Source: Desulfosudaceae bacterium (GTDB taxonomy: Bacteria > Desulfobacterota > Desulfobacteria > Desulfobacterales > Desulfosudaceae). From it: a stretch of 64,000 nucleotides of DNA. The stretch covers positions 1,536,001 through 1,600,000 of the forward strand of contig CAXXDV010000003.1 in NCBI GenBank assembly GCA_963674745.2. Reading direction: 5' to 3'. Both the position numbers and the translations under genes were made by a program. Below, in pieces: positions 10,261 to 20,142 of this stretch. Position 1 is the first letter of the stretch. Each line of letters begins with the position of its first letter. The notes beneath the pieces are model-generated. The model made no database searches. It was not told where the DNA came from and saw only the letters and a program-made list of their open reading frames with translations.

Positions 10261-10370
10261 TGGGATTCCGGCTTAACGTGTTTGACCCGGCCCACAATGC
10301 CTGATTCCAGCCGCACCTTGATGCCGTGGGGGTGAAAGGAGGTAGTATTTTTTCGGTTTGTTCCGTCCAT
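10257..10370 (-). pseudogene. YwbE/DUF2196-like gene with in-frame internal deletion
   Basis: Manual translation MDGTNRKNTTSFHPHGIKVRLESGIVGRVKHVKPESQ*; HPHGIKVRL.SG.VGRV is the YwbE C-terminus and the middle is missing; GTGA overlap with the next gene. Confidence 0.7.
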
Positions 10371-10664
10371 GGGGTTAATTTAGGACTTTATACTCTAAAA
10401 GTCATGCTTTTATTCGGGTCGGCTCGGACCGGGCAAATATGATTTAGGTTTTAGGTTTTAGGTGGTTAGGAATGAGGTCAATTTTTCTGGGTTCCGGGTT
10501 CCCAGAATTAAGTTCGTTTGGGTGTTTTTGATTTTGTTATATATAACTGGATGGCTGGCATTATTATTTATAATAACGTACATTCCCATATTTAATTGCA
10601 TTGACCTTTCGTAAAAAAAATGTTTAAAAAAAGCTTAAAAATGATTATAAATATTTATTTCATA

Positions 10665-10735
10665 CTACAGCCGAATTTGGGGTGACCGGAACTTGGTAAG
10701 CAGCGGGTTTTTAAATAAGACAGCCGGGTTACCAT
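10665..10735 (+). promoter_or_regulatory. Possible degenerate c-di-GMP-I (GEMM)-like riboswitch aptamer
   Basis: aagcagcgggt...agacagccgggttacc resembles the GEMM 3' half; GTGA loop upstream; 5' half poorly conserved. Confidence 0.35.
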
Positions 10736-10752
10736 GAAAAACGAAAATTATT

Positions 10753-10788
10753 ACCGGATTGCCTTTAAATAAACAGTCCGGTTTTTTT
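10753..10788 (+). terminator. Intrinsic terminator in the 5' leader (attenuator) of the 10837 gene
   Basis: accggattg-N12-cagtccggt followed by a T tract, ~50 nt before the ATG. Confidence 0.65.
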
Positions 10789-10836
10789 ATGCTGATAAGC
10801 ACCTTAATCTCAGGGGAATGAGGGGGGATAGCAACA

Positions 10837-12933
10837 ATGCAATACAGTAGAAAACTTTTTTCCGCGTTACGTATTACCTGCCTGTTAACGATCTTCGTTT
10901 TCGGCCTGCTGTCGATAATCGGTACCGGTGGTGGAGGTGGCGGTGGCAGTCAACCGGACTATTTTCATGACAATGATGGCGATGGCTATGGTGATCCTAA
11001 TGACGCCGGCTTTTTTTCCTATCAACCTCAGGATTATGTCACTGACAACACGGATTGTAATGACAACGATCCAGCCATAAATCCCGGCGCCCCGGAAATC
11101 TGTAGTGACAAAATAGATAATGACTGCGACGGGTTAATAGATGTGAACTGCGTAAGCTGTACCGATGCGGATGCTGACGGCTACTATGCCGAAAGCGGGT
11201 GTAAAACGGACATTGACTGCAATGATAACAACGCGGCCATAAACCCCGGAGCGGCGGAAATCTGCGCCGACGGGATAGACAATGACTGTAATAATGATAT
11301 TGATGAAGATTGCGTTGATTACTATCAGGACATGGATGGTGACAGTTACGGCAACCCTGCCGGAAAAATCTCCGCTGTTTCTCAACCCACAGGTTATGTC
11401 CTTAATGATACGGATTGTAATGATACGAACGCCGGTATCCACCCCGGTGCGACTGAAGTATGCGACGAGAAGGACAACAATTGCGACGGCATCACAGACG
11501 AAGGTTGTTTCGCGTTTTTTCAGGATGCCGACGGAGATTCTTTCGGCAATCCCCTTGAAAAAATTCTGGCTGCATCTGCGCCAGTCGGATACGTGGATGA
11601 CGATTCAGACTGTGATGACACAAGAACTTATATTAATCCTGCTGCCGCCGAAATCTGTGATGGTATGGACAACAACTGCAACGGTGTCACTGACGAAGGA
11701 TGTAGCAGAAATTTTTACGAAGATGCCGACGGAGACATTTACGGCAATCCGGCAGTTGCTGTCGTGGCGATTTTCGCGCCTCCGGGTTATGTAACCGACA
11801 ATACGGATTGTGATGATACGGATCCCGATATCAATCCCGGCGCCACTGAAATACGGGATGGCGCGGACAATGATTGCGACGGCCTGACTGATGAAGGTCT
11901 TTTTATCCCTGATACAGGCCAGACCAACTGCTATGACGCGGCCGGAACCGTTATCCCCTGCCCTGCTGAAGGAAACGCCTTTTACGGCCAGGACGCCAGT
12001 TATGACATTCATCCGCCTTCATATACAAAACTTGATGCCAACGGTAACGATCTGCCGGCCGGAGCCGCAAACTGGGCCATGGTTCGGGACAACGTCACCG
12101 ACCTGATCTGGGAAGTCAAGACCGACAAAGACGGATTCTTGGATTATAACAACCCTCATGACGCTGATAATACCTATACCTGGTATGATGGATCTACAGG
12201 CACACCTGGGGCCGGAACGGACACAGAAGACTTTATCAATGATTTAAACAACGCCGGTTTCGGCGGGTATTCCGACTGGCGCATGCCGACTCTAAAGGAG
12301 TTGTATTATCTAACAAATCTAAGTAGTGCACCGGCGACTATAAACACCGATTATTTTCCGAACACCATGACCGTTTTGATAAATCCGAGTGTATACTACT
12401 GGTCATCCACTTCTACGACCAATCCTGATATTGCCAGGCTTGTCGATTTTTCCTTTGGCTTGCCAGGATCTTATAATAAGCTTAATGACTGGTATGTACG
12501 TGCAGTTCGTGGGCAACAACACGTCCCCTCATTTACGGATAACGGTGATGGAACAATCACCGATAATGTCACCGGCCTGATGTGGGCCAAGGCAACAGCG
12601 GACACCAATGCGGACTTATTCCTTGATTCAAATGACCAGGTACTCTGGGAAACAGCCCTTTCCTGGTGTGCAGGGTTTTCCCTGGCAGGGTATGATGACT
12701 GGCGCTTGCCGAATGCGCACGAATTCATATCAATTGTGGATTATTCAACCATCGCCCCGGCCATAGATACCACTTATTTCCCGGATACGTTAGGGTTCTA
12801 TTATTGGTCCTCGAGTACGCTGGCCGACAATTCGAGTACCGCATTTGATGTGCATTTTCGCACTGGGGTTTACGCTAATGGTCCAAAACAATACGGTTAT
12901 TACTTTGTCCGACCAGTGCGTGGGGGGCAATAA
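10837..12933 (+). CDS. Secreted protein with MopE-like Asp/Cys repeats and two DUF1566 (Lcl) domains
   Basis: N-terminal TM + poly-Gly; repeated DxDGDGYG...DCND...INPGAxEIC.D.IDNDCDG; PDTGQT; DNVTxLxW; DWRxP..E. Confidence 0.85.
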   Translation: MQYSRKLFSALRITCLLTIFVFGLLSIIGTGGGGGGGSQPDYFHDNDGDGYGDPNDAGFFSYQPQDYVTDNTDCNDNDPAINPGAPEICSDKIDNDCDGLIDVNCVSCTDADADGYYAESGCKTDIDCNDNNAAINPGAAEICADGIDNDCNNDIDEDCVDYYQDMDGDSYGNPAGKISAVSQPTGYVLNDTDCNDTNAGIHPGATEVCDEKDNNCDGITDEGCFAFFQDADGDSFGNPLEKILAASAPVGYVDDDSDCDDTRTYINPAAAEICDGMDNNCNGVTDEGCSRNFYEDADGDIYGNPAVAVVAIFAPPGYVTDNTDCDDTDPDINPGATEIRDGADNDCDGLTDEGLFIPDTGQTNCYDAAGTVIPCPAEGNAFYGQDASYDIHPPSYTKLDANGNDLPAGAANWAMVRDNVTDLIWEVKTDKDGFLDYNNPHDADNTYTWYDGSTGTPGAGTDTEDFINDLNNAGFGGYSDWRMPTLKELYYLTNLSSAPATINTDYFPNTMTVLINPSVYYWSSTSTTNPDIARLVDFSFGLPGSYNKLNDWYVRAVRGQQHVPSFTDNGDGTITDNVTGLMWAKATADTNADLFLDSNDQVLWETALSWCAGFSLAGYDDWRLPNAHEFISIVDYSTIAPAIDTTYFPDTLGFYYWSSSTLADNSSTAFDVHFRTGVYANGPKQYGYYFVRPVRGGQ

Positions 12934-12948
12934 TCATCGCCAGTATTC

Positions 12949-13005
12949 CGGGGATAGTATATCTATTTCATATGCAACATGACTGAAATAGATATACTGT
13001 CTCCG
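12949..13005. repeat. REP family B variant hairpin
   Basis: cgggatagtatatctatttca...tgaaatagatatactgtctccg inverted repeat between convergent genes. Confidence 0.65.
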
Positions 13006-13007
13006 AA

Positions 13008-13607
13008 TTAGCGCTTCATAAAATATTGTATAAACGGTTCCTGGAACGCCTTGAACAGCTTTTCTATTTCGATATCATCTTTATCAAGGATTAAGGATAA
13101 AAGAGAAATACCTTCTGAAAAGGCGACCAGTCCGGCGCTGATGTGAGGCACTGAATCTTCATCCTTGAAGGTTTGGGTAAGAATCATTTGAATCGTTCCG
13201 ATCCACTCGGAATAGGCTTTCCGGAGTTTCTTTTTTATTTTGGGGTTGTATATCGCCATTTCCTGAAACTCGAGAAATATTTTTGAAAGGTCACGGTTTG
13301 AAGTGATGCGATGGTAGGCGAAATCAAGGCAGGCGCGCATCATATCCTCGGGGTCCTTAAATTCAGGTGTTTTTGAAACCATCCAATTTTCAAAATCAGT
13401 CTTGTAGTGGTCGATGACAAATTCGATATAGTTGAGGAGTATGTCTTCTTTACTTTTATAATAGTAATGCAGCATACCGTGATTGATCCCGGCTACAGCA
13501 GCAATATCTTTAATCGAGGTCTGATTAAACGGTTTTTTTAATAAACACCTGGTCAGTGCATCCATGACCTGTCGACGTCTTTTTTCCTGTATCGGAGTGT
13601 GTGCCAT
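13008..13607 (-). CDS. TetR/AcrR family regulator, divergent from the ald operon
   Basis: TSIKDIAAVAGINHGMLHYYYKSKEDI HTH. Confidence 0.9.
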   Translation of the reverse strand: MAHTPIQEKRRRQVMDALTRCLLKKPFNQTSIKDIAAVAGINHGMLHYYYKSKEDILLNYIEFVIDHYKTDFENWMVSKTPEFKDPEDMMRACLDFAYHRITSNRDLSKIFLEFQEMAIYNPKIKKKLRKAYSEWIGTIQMILTQTFKDEDSVPHISAGLVAFSEGISLLSLILDKDDIEIEKLFKAFQEPFIQYFMKR

Positions 13608-13681
13608 ATTTTGAGTCCTTCCTTTCATTCCATACGAAGACTATATCATCATTAAAAATTATAATTCCAGAAAAAAATTAG

Positions 13682-13716
13682 TTGACAGACTAATTTTTTA
13701 ATGTTAGTCAACTAAC
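13682..13716 (+). promoter_or_regulatory. Sigma70-like promoter with palindromic operator GTTAGTCAACTAAC over the -10
   Basis: TTGACA 13682-13687; operator 13703-13716, identical to 23806-23819. Confidence 0.65.
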
Positions 13717-13774
13717 TAAGAAACACAAAAGCCCTTTTACCAGGGTTTTGAGAATCCATATGATGCGGTGAAGA

Positions 13775-14890
13775 ATGAGAGTCGGCATACCAAAAGAGAT
13801 CAAAAAGCTGGAAAAGCGGGTGGCGGTTACACCGGCAGGCGTTGAGACGTTTATCGCCAGAGGCCATAAAGTTTTTGTGGAAACAGGTGCGGGGGCGGGC
13901 CTGGGAACTTCAGATGAGGATTTTCAGCAGGCAGGAGCGGAAATATTATCGACAGCCGATGATGTCTGGCATGAGGCTGAGATGATTATCAAGGTAAAGG
14001 AGCCGGTTGAACCTGAGTTTGACAGGATGAAGCCCGGCCAGATCCTTTTTACCTATCTTCACCTTGCAGCCGATTCAGAACTCACCCGTAAGTTGCTGGA
14101 AAAAGAAGTGACCGGCATTGCCTATGAAACCGTTCAGTTAAATGACGGCAGCCTGCCACTGCTTGCGCCCATGAGTGAAGTGGCCGGACGCCTGGCCGTA
14201 CAGATGGGATGTTTCTGTTTAGAGTCCAAAAATGGCGGTAAGGGGCTTCTTCTTTCCGGCGTTCCCGGGGTTCCTCCCGCAGAAGTAACCATTATCGGCG
14301 GTGGCATCTCCGGGTTGAATGCCGCGCATTTAGCCGTCGGCATGGGAGCCAGGGTTACGATTCTGGATATTAACATGAACCGTCTGCGTTATATCGAAGA
14401 TATTTTCCATTCCCGGATCGTCACCAGAATGTCCAATACCCGTAATCTTGAAGAAAGTGTTTCTACCGCGGATCTGGTTATCGGGTCGGTTCTCATCCCG
14501 GGTGCCAAAGCACCGAAGCTGATCAACCGTGAGATGCTTTCGGGTATGAAAAACGGGGCGGCATTTGTGGATATCGCTATCGATCAAGGCGGCTGCGCAT
14601 CTACCAGCAGGCCGACAACCCATGACAACCCGACCTTTGTGGAAGAAGGCGTTGTGCATTACTGCGTGACCAATATGCCGGGGGCGGTACCGATGACGTC
14701 TACATATGCCCTGACAAACGTTACCCTGCCTTATGCATTGGCGTTGGCGGACAAAGGGTGTACACTTGCGCTTGAAGAGGATGAATCATTAGCCAAAGGG
14801 CTCAATGTCTATCACGGGCAGCTTGTGAACGAGAAGGTCGCGGAATCACTTGAAATGGATTGCTGTCACGCCCCCGTCTTATACAATTAA
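13775..14890 (+). CDS. ald: Alanine dehydrogenase
   Basis: [55 protein letters not shown]. Confidence 0.95.
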   Translation: MRVGIPKEIKKLEKRVAVTPAGVETFIARGHKVFVETGAGAGLGTSDEDFQQAGAEILSTADDVWHEAEMIIKVKEPVEPEFDRMKPGQILFTYLHLAADSELTRKLLEKEVTGIAYETVQLNDGSLPLLAPMSEVAGRLAVQMGCFCLESKNGGKGLLLSGVPGVPPAEVTIIGGGISGLNAAHLAVGMGARVTILDINMNRLRYIEDIFHSRIVTRMSNTRNLEESVSTADLVIGSVLIPGAKAPKLINREMLSGMKNGAAFVDIAIDQGGCASTSRPTTHDNPTFVEEGVVHYCVTNMPGAVPMTSTYALTNVTLPYALALADKGCTLALEEDESLAKGLNVYHGQLVNEKVAESLEMDCCHAPVLYN

Positions 14891-14908
14891 ACCAGAAAAG
14901 GAGGAAAC

Positions 14909-15826
14909 ATGCCCCCCATTATAGATGCCCATTCTCATATCGGTGATATCCTGTATCCGAACGGCGGCAGGCTTATCGAGCAAAAAGGGGTCCGGAAAAA
15001 GCTGATATTCGATCCCATCACCCTATCGCAGATGGGCTTGAACCGTGATTATGGATTGGGGAACCTGCCTTACAGAATATTCTTACATTGGATTATCCGG
15101 GCCGAACAGGAACGAAATTTTACGGCAACACGGGAGAATGCCCGTAAATCGATGGATAAAAACGGGGTGACGGCTACCTGTTGCATGCCGATTCCGCCCT
15201 ATGTTGTTTTTTCTGACGTTAAAGCGGCGGCAGAAAAAGATCCGGGGCTGATTCCGTTCACAGGGGTTGATTTTTCCGATACATCACACTTGGACGAGCA
15301 GTTTAAAGCCGAAGTGGCGGCAGGCGCAAAAGGCCTGAAACTTCATCCCATCATTCAAAAGATATCGTTTTCCGATGAGCGGCTGATAAAAGCGGTCCGG
15401 GCATTCATGCCGTTTGATCTGCCCATACTGTTTCATGCCGGCGTTTCCAGCTACTATGTAGGCAGCGAGAAAGGAAAAAATATTCCGGAAAATGGCGGTA
15501 TTAAAGAAGCCGAGGAACTGGTTTCCGCCTTTCCGGAAGCAAAATTTATTGTGGGACATGCCGGCATGTTTGACGTCAAAGACGTCATGCAGATGTTGGG
15601 TGGATACCAGAATGTATGGGTGGATACGTCCCTGCAGTCGCCCGGAAAGATACGGAAGTTAATTGATGTGTTCGGGGAGGATAAAGTCCTTTATGCGTCG
15701 GACTGGCCCTACGGGAGCCGAAAACCGGCCATCAAGGCGGTAAAAGCCGCCTGCAAAGGCAATGCGCGACTGGAAAGAAAACTTTTTTATGAAAATGCAT
15801 GCAGCCTGATGAAGATAGAACCATAG
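14909..15826 (+). CDS. Amidohydrolase family (Amidohydro_2) protein
   Basis: IDAHSHIG; GLKLHP; LFHAG; VGHAG; LYASDWP. Confidence 0.85.
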   Translation: MPPIIDAHSHIGDILYPNGGRLIEQKGVRKKLIFDPITLSQMGLNRDYGLGNLPYRIFLHWIIRAEQERNFTATRENARKSMDKNGVTATCCMPIPPYVVFSDVKAAAEKDPGLIPFTGVDFSDTSHLDEQFKAEVAAGAKGLKLHPIIQKISFSDERLIKAVRAFMPFDLPILFHAGVSSYYVGSEKGKNIPENGGIKEAEELVSAFPEAKFIVGHAGMFDVKDVMQMLGGYQNVWVDTSLQSPGKIRKLIDVFGEDKVLYASDWPYGSRKPAIKAVKAACKGNARLERKLFYENACSLMKIEP

Positions 15827-15834
15827 CGATTTAT

Positions 15835-15893
15835 GTAGGGGCACCCCCCTGTGGGTGCCCTTTAATCGGGCGGCCACAGGGGGCCGCCCCTAC
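15835..15893. repeat. GTAG-type REP doublet inside the operon
   Basis: gtaggggcacccccctgtgggtgccc...gggcggccacagggggccgcccctac. Confidence 0.75.
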
Positions 15894-15980
15894 ATTATCT
15901 GCGAGTATGCTGCAACAAAGTATATGCGGTAAAATCGGCTCATGAAATATAAAACATACAACGAGCGAGGAGAAACCATC

Positions 15981-17363
15981 ATGAATCAAACAAGCCGGAA
16001 AACCATATCCCGGAAAGAACGGGATCAGATTTTCGATGCCTTTGGCAAACACATTTCCAAGGGGCAGATCCGTTATCTGACAGCAGGTCACCTGGATATC
16101 CTGGAAGGAGAGCGAGACGGCTTCCGGTTTTATGAAGGCCAAACCGGCAAAAGCTATATCGACGGGTTTTCATCAGCCGGGTGTTTCAATGTCGGGCGCC
16201 GTAATCCGCAGATTATCCAAAAACTGGAAGCGGCTGTGGATGAGTATGATATGGGCACCTATGGCATGCTGTCCGCGCCGAAAATCAAGCTGGCCAAACT
16301 GCTGGCAGACGTGGCCCCGGGTGACTTAAACCGGGTTCTGCTGTGCGGAACCGGCGCTGACGTGGTTGAAGGCGCATTAAAACTGGCCAGGGCCGCCACC
16401 GGGCGCAATGAAATTGTAGCCATGCTCAAGGCCTACCACGGCCATTCCGGGATGAGCCTGTCGGCCAACGGCAAAGACTATTACAAAGAACTGTTCGTGC
16501 CGTTAATGCCGGGTTTTTCCTTTGCCCCCTTTGGTGATCTTGAGGCGATCCGTCAAATGGTGTCCGAACGCACCGCAGCCATCATACTGGAGCCGATTCA
16601 AGGGGAGGGCGGCATACACGTGGGAACGGACGAATACCTCAAGGGGCTTCGTGAAATCTGCGACCAGTACGGAATCATGCTCATATTTGATGAAATCCAG
16701 ACCGGTTTCGGCAGATCCGGCAAACTCTGGGCGTCCGAACATTCCGGTGTGGTACCGGACATGATGCTTCTGGCCAAATCAATCGGCGGTGGGGTGTACC
16801 CCAACGCCGCGATTCTTTATCGCGACCGCAGCGAGCTCACCGACTATGTCGACCGTAACCCCGAGTTTCATCTGTCCATGGGCGGCGGCTCTGATCTGGG
16901 CTGTATTGTGTCCACTGCCGTTATTGAATATATCGTTGAGAATAAAGTCTGGGAAAATGTCGAGAAGATGGGCAACCGGCTGCTGGACGGGCTCCGCAGT
17001 ATTCAGAAGGAAAATCCGGGACTGATCCTGGAAGTCCGCGGCCGGGGCATGATGGTCGGGATCGAGTATAAACAGGAATACATGGGCATGCTCATGTCCG
17101 ATTGCCTGGCATCACACGGCATGTTTTCCGCCTATTCCGGCAATGCGCCCCAGGTGATGCGGTTCCAGTTTCCCACAGCCGCAACAGCCGAAGATATTGA
17201 CGAGGCCCTGGAGGTTATTCGCAAAGCCATCAAGCTGAGCAAACTGTATCTGCTGTTCCTGGGCCCGCTTTCCAAAATCCCCTTTGTCCGGGAAGCGATG
17301 AACAAGGGGGATATTCTGGTCACCATTAATAACTTGCTGCGCAAGGCCGCATTCTGGGGATAA
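15981..17363 (+). CDS. Class III PLP aminotransferase, Lys-containing subunit, with hydrophobic C-terminal extension
   Basis: AYHG; EPIQGEGG; FDEIQTGFGRSG; PDMMLLAKSIGGG (Lys codon 16776-16778); start 15981 follows RBS gaggag. Confidence 0.9.
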   Translation: MNQTSRKTISRKERDQIFDAFGKHISKGQIRYLTAGHLDILEGERDGFRFYEGQTGKSYIDGFSSAGCFNVGRRNPQIIQKLEAAVDEYDMGTYGMLSAPKIKLAKLLADVAPGDLNRVLLCGTGADVVEGALKLARAATGRNEIVAMLKAYHGHSGMSLSANGKDYYKELFVPLMPGFSFAPFGDLEAIRQMVSERTAAIILEPIQGEGGIHVGTDEYLKGLREICDQYGIMLIFDEIQTGFGRSGKLWASEHSGVVPDMMLLAKSIGGGVYPNAAILYRDRSELTDYVDRNPEFHLSMGGGSDLGCIVSTAVIEYIVENKVWENVEKMGNRLLDGLRSIQKENPGLILEVRGRGMMVGIEYKQEYMGMLMSDCLASHGMFSAYSGNAPQVMRFQFPTAATAEDIDEALEVIRKAIKLSKLYLLFLGPLSKIPFVREAMNKGDILVTINNLLRKAAFWG

Positions 17364-17392
17364 TGAAACAAAAAATTTCAGGAGAATGAAAT

Positions 17393-18601
17393 ATGAATAA
17401 ACTTATGGCAGACGCTCAACAGGTATTTGGCAAAGGTGTTGTGGAAAACCTGGTGTCAAAGGGATTGGACTGGCTGGAATCCGGCCGGGAGGGATCGGTT
17501 GTCTATGATTCAACCGGCAAGGAACTCGTTGACTGTTATTGTTCGTCCGGCACGTATAACCTGGGCCGGAAAAACCCCGCCATCGCCCGTGCACTCAAAC
17601 AGGCCATCCATGAAACCGACCAGGGCAATTTTGTCATGATCTCACGGGAAAAGGCGATGTTGTCGGAAAAACTGGCCCGGTTCACCCCGTCCGGACTGGA
17701 CTGTTCTCTGTTTACGGTCGTACGGGGGGAATCCGTGGACGCCGCCTGCAAACTGGCCCGGGGGTATACCGGGAGAACTGAGCTGATCACCGTGGACGGG
17801 GGTTGTTACGGCCCGACCGGGTTTGCCATGAGCCTGTCCGAGCGGGCAGACAAGAAAGACTTCGGCTCCCTGATACCGGATGTTCAGACGATCCCCTTTA
17901 ATGACATCGATGCTGCCGGCAAATCAATCACCCAAAAGACGGCGGCGGTCATCGTAGAACCGGTTCAAACCGAAAACAATTGCCGCACCGCGGACAAGGA
18001 TTACCTCGTTGCCCTGCGTAAATTTTGTGATCAAACCGGGGCGTTGCTGATTTTTGATGAATCCCAGACCGGGTTTGGAAGAACCGGGGAAAAGTTCGCC
18101 TCGGATTATTTCGGCGTGCTGCCGGATATCATGCTCCTCGGTGAAGCCCTGGGCGGCGGTATGTTTCCCTTCTCGGCCATGGTATTTACGAGTACCGTGA
18201 AGGCCTTTTTCGATGCCCATCCCCTGATCCATTTGCTGACATTCGGCGGCCATGATGTGGGCTGCCTGGTCGCGGCCGCGGCCATAAAGGAATATGATCA
18301 GGTACAACCCTGGCAGAACGCCAAAAAACAGGGAAAGATACTGGCGGAAAAGCTGAAAGCACTGGCCGCATCAAACCCGAAGCTGAAATCCGTGCAGGGT
18401 GTCGGCCTGCTGTTGTCCCTGGAATTTGACAGCGCACAAGAGGCCGAAAGTTTCTGCAAAAGCGCGATTCAAAACGGGGTGCTGGTAAAAAGCGGAGAGA
18501 CAGCCAAAAACAGCGTCGTCATCCGCCCTGCCCTCACCATAACCGATCAGGACCTGGATAAAATCGTAACCGGGATAGAAAAGGCGTTATCTGCTCTGTA
18601 A
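17393..18601 (+). CDS. Class III aminotransferase homologue lacking the catalytic lysine
   Basis: FDESQTGFGRTG; PDIMLLGEALGGG (GAA at 18143-18145 in place of Lys); retains LTFGG. Confidence 0.85.
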   Translation: MNKLMADAQQVFGKGVVENLVSKGLDWLESGREGSVVYDSTGKELVDCYCSSGTYNLGRKNPAIARALKQAIHETDQGNFVMISREKAMLSEKLARFTPSGLDCSLFTVVRGESVDAACKLARGYTGRTELITVDGGCYGPTGFAMSLSERADKKDFGSLIPDVQTIPFNDIDAAGKSITQKTAAVIVEPVQTENNCRTADKDYLVALRKFCDQTGALLIFDESQTGFGRTGEKFASDYFGVLPDIMLLGEALGGGMFPFSAMVFTSTVKAFFDAHPLIHLLTFGGHDVGCLVAAAAIKEYDQVQPWQNAKKQGKILAEKLKALAASNPKLKSVQGVGLLLSLEFDSAQEAESFCKSAIQNGVLVKSGETAKNSVVIRPALTITDQDLDKIVTGIEKALSAL

Positions 18602-18615
18602 ACCGGGAACAATTT

Positions 18616-18685
18616 GGGGACGTCTATGTTTTTATGCGTTTCTTAAGTACTGCGGGGAGGAACGCATAAAAACATATACGTCCCC
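18616..18685. repeat. REP family A doublet (GGGGACGTCTATGATTTTATGCGTTTC...GAAACGCATAAAATCATAGACGTCCCC)
   Basis: Long inverted repeat; full copies also at 21514-21582, 43741-43810, 55991-56060. Confidence 0.85.
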
Positions 18686-18736
18686 TTATCTACCCACTGT
18701 CCCCGGAATTCCCATAAAAAATAGCAAGGGGGAACC

Positions 18737-19375
18737 ATGCTGAATATAATTGGTATTTCCGGCAGCCCTGTCAAAGACGGCAATGTGGAGATGCTCCTGC
18801 ACACCATGCTTATGCACGCCGAAGAGCGCGGGGCCACAACAACGGCCATAAATCTATCCCGGCTGCATATTGCAGACTGTAATCATTGCAACTTCTGCCT
18901 CAAACGTCAGAAAGCCGGAAAATACTGCGCCCAAGAGGATGATGTCCAGGGGGTCTATGAACTGCTGGAAGCCGCGGACATTATCGTCCTGGCCAGCCCT
19001 GTCTATTTCATGCGCTTAAGCGGCCAGATGGCGTCTTTTGTAGATCGCCTCCGGGTATTTGTCTTCGGCAATATAGCGGGGGGCCGTCTGAAAAACAAGA
19101 TCGGCATAAGTGCTGCTGTTGCCTGGGCCCGGCATGGCGGGTTCGAGACCACCCACCTGACGCACATCACGGCTTTTCTGACGCTGGAGATGCTGCCGGT
19201 CAGCGTGCACCATTGCATAAGCCCGCTGGGCGCCTCGGCTGTGGCCAGCCAGGGAGGCACCGGATTCTTTGACAAAGCGCATCGTCACGGGGTAACGCTC
19301 GATGAGGCCGGACTGCACTCCGGCAGGGCCATGATCGAGCGCGGCCTGGAACTGGCGAGGCTGGTCAAACGATAA
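18737..19375 (+). CDS. Iron-sulfur flavoprotein / flavodoxin family protein
   Basis: ISGSP..GN; CNHCNFC...C; ASPVYF; FVDRL. Confidence 0.85.
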   Translation: MLNIIGISGSPVKDGNVEMLLHTMLMHAEERGATTTAINLSRLHIADCNHCNFCLKRQKAGKYCAQEDDVQGVYELLEAADIIVLASPVYFMRLSGQMASFVDRLRVFVFGNIAGGRLKNKIGISAAVAWARHGGFETTHLTHITAFLTLEMLPVSVHHCISPLGASAVASQGGTGFFDKAHRHGVTLDEAGLHSGRAMIERGLELARLVKR

Positions 19376-19431
19376 AACGCCGGATGCCAGTCTAATTCCG
19401 GGAACAGTATACTGTCCCCCGAATTCCAATT

Positions 19432-19662
19432 CGTCATTCTGGCGAAGGAAGACGAAGTCTTCGCTGTTGAATCCAGTGCTTGTTCGTCATTCCGGGCAGT
19501 GGAGCGAAGCGGAATCCTGGATCGAGTTCAGGACAGGCTTGCCCGGAATCCGGCCCGACTCGTCATTCCGGGCAGTGGAGCGAAGCGGAACGTGACCCGG
19601 AATCCAGTATAAAATTGATTGGTTTCAATTTTCTAGATCCCGGCTCGGCGGCCGGGATGACG
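19432..19662. repeat. CGTC-type palindromic repeat cluster
   Basis: Repeated cgtcattccgggc...ccggaatcc / ccgggatgacg units; related units at 9556-9584, 23886-24010, 59997-60064. Confidence 0.75.
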
Positions 19663-19721
19663 AAGGCGTAGGAAAGTTGGAAAGACGTCCCCATTATCAC
19701 CCCACACCAAAAGGCAAGGTT

Positions 19722-20138
19722 ATGGATCAAGATTTACGTTTATTTCTGATCAGGCATGGTGCAATTGTTGCGTTATTAGGCGCACTTTCAGGTTTGGGCT
19801 ACATGTTCGTGATTACGGGTGATATGCCCGGGAGTATGAGAGCGTGGCATCTGGCACACCTTCAAGGTATATTAACAGGTATTCTCATCATTGCCGGATC
19901 ATCGTACATTGATTATTTAAAGTTGAGTTTAAAATTGCGTCGCATCATATCATACCTGTTCGTGATTACAGGATATTGTTATTCAATTGGTCCGGCCTGG
20001 GGTGCTGTCTTCAACGTCAGAGGGATTGAACCGGCTTTACCCATAACCAATTTCGCAATGTTTATCTCAAATACGGTCGCCAGTATCGCTGTGGTTGCGG
20101 GATTGGGAATTACGATTTGGGGTTCAATGAAAAGATAG
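19722..20138 (+). CDS. Four-TM membrane protein, styrene-oxide-isomerase (StyC)-like
   Basis: LIRHG...RAWHLAHLQGIL motif; four hydrophobic helices; AT-rich. Confidence 0.5.
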   Translation: MDQDLRLFLIRHGAIVALLGALSGLGYMFVITGDMPGSMRAWHLAHLQGILTGILIIAGSSYIDYLKLSLKLRRIISYLFVITGYCYSIGPAWGAVFNVRGIEPALPITNFAMFISNTVASIAVVAGLGITIWGSMKR

Positions 20139-20142
20139 ATCA

